A stretch of 64,000 bases of DNA from Eledone cirrhosa (lineage: Eukaryota), in contig OZ024762.1 in assembly GCA_964016885.1 (NCBI GenBank), forward strand, positions 22,630,001-22,694,000, read 5' to 3'. The notes beneath the pieces are model-generated. The model saw only the letters and a list, made by a program, of their open reading frames with translations. It did not search any database and had not been told where the DNA came from. Position numbers and translations under genes: made by a program. Shown in pieces: positions 59,300-64,000 of this stretch; position 1 is the first letter of the stretch, and every line of letters starts with the position of its first letter.

Positions 59300-60050
59300 A
59301 ACTCACAGTAACTTCACATCACAGAAACGGGGATAAACATACGCCTGGTGAGGCTCTGGGCTCGAGACAGACTTTAACCCTGTCCTCTCCAGGGTGAGTC
59401 CTGTACTCCCAGTGACTTCGCACCACTGAAACCATCATAAGGACATGCCTGATATGTCTCTGCGCTTGGGAAGAGACTTTAAACCTGTGATGGATTTTTG
59501 CCTTGTCCAGGGGGAGTTTTGTACTCTCAGTCACTTCACACCTCCGAGTTCAAGACATACTTTAATTTCACATTAAATATATCATTTCCATATCCCTGTG
59601 GTGGATTGGCGTCCTGTGCAGGGGAAGTCTTGTACTTTCCGTCATTTCACACTAAGGAATCGGCATAAGTACCAGCCTGCCGAAGCTCTGTGCTTGGGGA
59701 CAGACTTTAAGCCTGTGATGGACTGGTGTCCTGTCCAGGGGAGTCTTGTACTCTCAGTCGCTTCATACCACAGAAATCAGGATAAGCTCAGGCCTGATGA
59801 GCTTCAAGACTCAAGACAGATTTTAAGCCTGTGATGGACTGGCGTGCTGTCCAGGAGGAAGTCTTGTACTCTCAGTCACTTCACACCATGGAAACCGAGA
59901 TAAGTACTGGCCTGATGAGCTTCCAGGCTCGAGAGAGACTTTAACCCTGTAATGGATTTGCGTCCTGTCCAGGGGGAGTCTTTTACTCTCCGTCACAGCA
60001 GGGAAATCTGGGTAAATACCGGCCTGTTCAGCCTCCAGACTCCAGACAGA
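59300..60050 (+). repeat. Tandem array (~120 bp unit, about 6 copies) derived from a SINE 3' region
   Basis: CCTGTGATGGACTGGCGTCCTGTCCAGGGG.AGTCTTGTACTCTCAGTCACTTCACAC repeated; matches 14530-14640. Confidence 0.8.
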
Positions 60051-60341
60051 CGTTAGACTGTTAGCTAAATATCAGTAAAGGTGAGACCAATCAAAGACTA
60101 ATGGCTTTGGTTGGAACAGGTATTTGTCTCCCTTTCTTTCCTTTATTAAACTTATATACCGACAGTTCCGTGGTTTGTAATACGTTGAGCTCTTTTCTGT
60201 TGACCTTCGCACCTCATACATATTTCAGCTTTGACAAAATGGCACAGCATGTTTTAATATATTTAAGCTACGGGGTGTATAGTTATATACACAGTGACGC
60301 CATTAATACACACACACACACGCATACACACTCACACACAC

Positions 60342-60374
<33 letters not shown>

Positions 60375-60459
60375 CATACATATATATATATACACATAAA
60401 CATACATATATATATATACACATAAACATCTATACACATACTTATATATATACATATAT

Positions 60460-60502
<43 letters not shown>

Positions 60503-60591
60503 TACATATATATACACTTATATATACATATAGATATATACATTGAAATACATATGCACATACATATAAATAGACACATATATATATACAT

Positions 60592-60663
<72 letters not shown>

Positions 60664-60674
<11 letters not shown>

Positions 60675-60767
60675 GAATAGCTTTCACCGTATTGTTGTTC
60701 TAAACCCCATTATCAGTCTAAAATTTCTTTAGTCAAAAATACGGTGAAAGCTATTCTATTTTCTAAT
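60664..60767. repeat. Inverted repeat, ~29 bp arms
   Basis: ATTAGAAAATAGAATAGCTTTCACCGTATT / AATACGGTGAAAGCTATTCTATTTTCTAAT. Confidence 0.8.
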
Positions 60768-61149
60768 TTCAAACCTGTTCACTGTTTCAAAACATACTTA
60801 CTTGTCATATATATATATATTTATACATACATACACACATACATATATACATATATACAGCTACTTGTTTATCTACCAAGCCTCACACAATCTAATTCAG
60901 TGCACAAAGAGCAGAATTATCTTCGAATAATTTCTTTAAAACGTAACGCAAGTTTCTTAAAAACATGTTTGTTTTTATTGATTAAATTAATAGAAAGTAA
61001 CAAAAAAATTTGCTCTGTTTTAATCCGTAAGTAATTTCGGATTATAAATAATGTTATCTAATTTTAATTCTTACTCGGAGAATTTTAAATACCTAAATAA
61101 CATTGCATATATTTCGTACAATATATTGGAAGAAATATATGAAAAAAGC

Positions 61150-61880
61150 TTCTTTCTTCGTCTTCTATTCACCTACTTATTTCTGCAAAGGTCGTGGGGG
61201 CTGAGTCCTCAAACACTCCCTCCGGCGGGTCCAGTCAGAAGCAACCGTCTCTTATTGATCTGGCTGGATCCCCCGAGTAAGACTAGCCGAGTTCATGAAT
61301 GTTTTCCAAACATCTTGCTCGTGGTTTACCCCTGAGTCTCCTGCTAGTTGGTTTTGCCCGTAAAACCTGTCCAGCGATTCTCTCCCGAGACATTCTAACC
61401 CCATGTCCATAGTATCGGAACTGGATCTCCCAAGTAAGACCAGCCAAGCTCATGGATGTTACCCAGACATCTTGCTCGTGGTTTACTCCTGGGTCTTCTG
61501 CTGGTTGGTTTTGCTCGTAAAATCTCTCCAGCGATTCTCTCCCGGGAAATTCTAACCAAAAGCATCAACCAATTTTCTGTATGTGAAGTTTTTCCCAGCA
61601 AGAGATCAAAACTCCGATACTACGGCCATGTGGTTAGAATGTCTCAGTAAAGAATCACTGGAGATATCCTACGGGCAAAACCAACCGGTAGGCGACCCAG
61701 GGGTAGACCCCGAGCAAGATGGTTGGATAACATCCATGAGTTTGTCTGGTCTCGCTTGGGGATCCAGTCGGATCAATTGGAGACGGTTGCTTCCGACAGG
61801 ACAGGACCCGCTGGAAGGAGTGTTTGAGGACTTTGTCCCCACGACCCTATCAGGATTAAGTGGAAGAAGAAGAAGAAGTT
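61150..61880. mobile_element. RTE LINE 3' ends in inverted arrangement (minus 61150-61560, plus 61595-61880)
   Basis: SKLRYYGHVVRMS, AKPTGRRPRGRPRARWLDNIHE; (GAA)n tail; same family as 14790-15730. Confidence 0.85.
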
Positions 61881-62094
61881 ATTACTATCATCCCCACTAT
61901 CAGCTTCATAATCACTACTATCATCAACACCACCACCTCCACCATCAACATCGTCGTCATCACTACCACCACCACCACCACAACCATCAACACAACCACC
62001 ACAACCATCAACACAACCATCATCACCACCATTATCACCATCATGATCATCGTTTATATCTTCGTCGCCGTCGTCGTTATCGTTCATTTGTTCC

Positions 62095-62419
62095 TCAACT
62101 TACCTCCCCCCACCAAAGCTTTAAAGACCGCTGGTACAACCATCGCAATTCATTCAATAAGGAGGCCAAAAGGAAAAGCATGACTCTCTCCGACCTGATC
62201 TGGAAGCTTAAGCTAGACAGGACCCCGTACTCTCTGGCCTGGTACATAATCAGGAAAGTACCACCCGATAAATGGGGATCTTGTATATGCAAACTATGCC
62301 TGAACGAGACCCTCGAGATACTAAGAGGTGGAAGCGGACTGATAAACCTCAGAACCGACTTCTTCGGGACATGCAGACACCTTAGAGCCGGGACCTTCCT
62401 CAAGATATATGGACAGTAG
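62095..62419 (+). pseudogene. C-terminal part of a Penelope-like GIY-YIG endonuclease
   Basis: FKDRWYNHRNSF..TLSDLIWKLK..W.II..CKLCLNETLEI..LINLRTDFFGTCRH matches the PLE endonuclease pattern FKxRxxNH / LSxxIWxLK / CxLCLxE / CRH. Confidence 0.8.
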
Positions 62420-63626
62420 CAACACAAGAAGATGTGAACTCCCCTCAAGCTATAGGGACTTCTACAGAACATGTAAACACCTCTCGGCCAGAGCTCCCTC
62501 AAGCTATATGGGCAGTAACAACACCATAGGTTGTGAACTCCCCTCAAGCCATAGGGAACAACCCAGGCTGAGCAGACACCATGATAGCCTAGAGATTGAA
62601 TCGGACACAGCCATTATAATTTGGCCAACATCTATATAACACAAACACTTTTTAATTTACTTGATTTCTGATTATCAAGTTCCAATTTTAAATCTTGATT
62701 TCTCTTTATTAATTTGTTATTTGTTTTCTGCCCTCTTTACTGTATCACCTTATATTTATTTTTAAGTTGAGATTGATTATAACACAAACACATTTTGTTT
62801 TATTATCTTATTTTAACATCTTGTCCCTCATACCAATCTATCCAACATATTTCTGACCTTGAGATTGGTTATAGCACACACACACTTTATCCTACATTAT
62901 TTTCACTTCTCCATATTCATTTTCATTACTTTTTCACCAATTTTTTATTTATTCTTTATTCTCTATTTATTTATTTTCAAATTATACAAATTATATTAAT
63001 TATTTTATTATAATATTTATTTTCTGTTTTCTTCATTTATTGCCTTATATTTCTTCATATACATGGAAGAACCCCCCCCCTCCCCACCACCACCACCACT
63101 ATGAGAGATGGTGGCAGGAGAGATGAAGAAAAAACACACACTGGATACTTCTAAATTGTCAGCAGCAGCAAGACATAAGCTGACCACAACACCAACAACA
63201 CTACCAAAATAATGGTAGAGGTCAAATGTACTTAACAATAGCAAACACAAACACTACAGGGAGCCTCACCCCAGAAAGAATTCTATAGACTTCTGACTGA
63301 GGAATGCTCTCAGAACTGACCAATGGGAAGTTTGACACTTTTTTTGTTATTTTGTTCCTTTAACACCTTGTCCCTTCTACCACTTTATCAATTTTTTAAG
63401 CTAACTCCAACAATAACAACACTTAGAATGAGGAATGTTCTAATAACTGACCAATGAGAGGAGAAGAAGCCCTGTAACACTGAAATTCGTTTGTTTGAAT
63501 TAATATGATTCCATTGTGAAATAACAACCTCAGTGAAATAACAACCCAACCAGGAACTGGGCATATCAGAGTATTGACAAAATGATACACCTCAACAACA
63601 TATGTACTTGTCTATACCACATTCGG

Positions 63627-63681
63627 ACTGCCTGAAGAGGTCACAGCCAAAGATGGCTGTCACTGAAATATATTTAGCAGT
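63627..63681 (+). ncRNA. Minimal type I hammerhead ribozyme motif
   Basis: ACTGC-CTGAAGA-GGTcACAGCCA aaga TGGCTGTcACT-GAAA-T ATAT T-TA-GCAGT, immediately followed by AATAAA. Confidence 0.8.
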
Positions 63682-63737
63682 AATAAACGAAGCTAAATTT
63701 TAAACATTTGACTTTTTATTTAACTTTATTTTATATA

Positions 63738-63808
<71 letters not shown>

Positions 63809-64000
63809 ATATATATATGTGTATCATGTAAATACACACATATATATATATATATTGACATATATATATATATATATATAATGTATATATATATATATAT
63901 ATATACATGAAATATATATGTATGATGTATATATTGAAATATATATGCATACACACACATATATATAATCATATATATATATATATATATATATGTTACC

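Larger units (their letters stand above)
62095..63735 (+). mobile_element. 5'-truncated Penelope-like retroelement 3' end
   Basis: EN fragment, short tandem repeats at 62395-62560, long non-coding tail, hammerhead, AATAAA, then (TA)n. Confidence 0.65.

Noticed and set aside
59790-59940. CTGATGAG motifs in the SINE-derived array as hammerheads
   Set aside because: No GAAA in register after the hairpin and no stems I or III
61583-62419. 278 aa ORF as a single gene
   Set aside because: Chance fusion of an off-frame RTE remnant, a CAT/CAC microsatellite and a GIY-YIG fragment

Overview
Eukaryotic, AT-rich, repeat-saturated window with no host protein-coding gene that I can support. Almost all ORFs in the track are translated microsatellites: (TA)n, (GTT)n, (CAT)n, (CA)n. 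The SINE families resemble those I recall from Octopus, but the organism is an inference. Recognisable content: a near full-length but mutated Tx1/L1-clade LINE between (ATT)n runs (33038-38823), RTE-clade LINE 3' remnants, two or three tRNA-SINE families, piggyBac-type and Tigger/pogo-type MITEs, a non-autonomous Helitron, a 28S rRNA fragment, and a Penelope-like element (PLE) 3' end with a GIY-YIG fragment. The most striking signal is non-coding. About nine minimal type I hammerhead ribozyme (HHR) motifs from several unrelated sequence families sit in short islands inside (TA)n arrays. Several fold-back palindromes are also built from hammerhead 3' halves joined through stem II. All structure calls were made by eye; no searches or folding programs were run.
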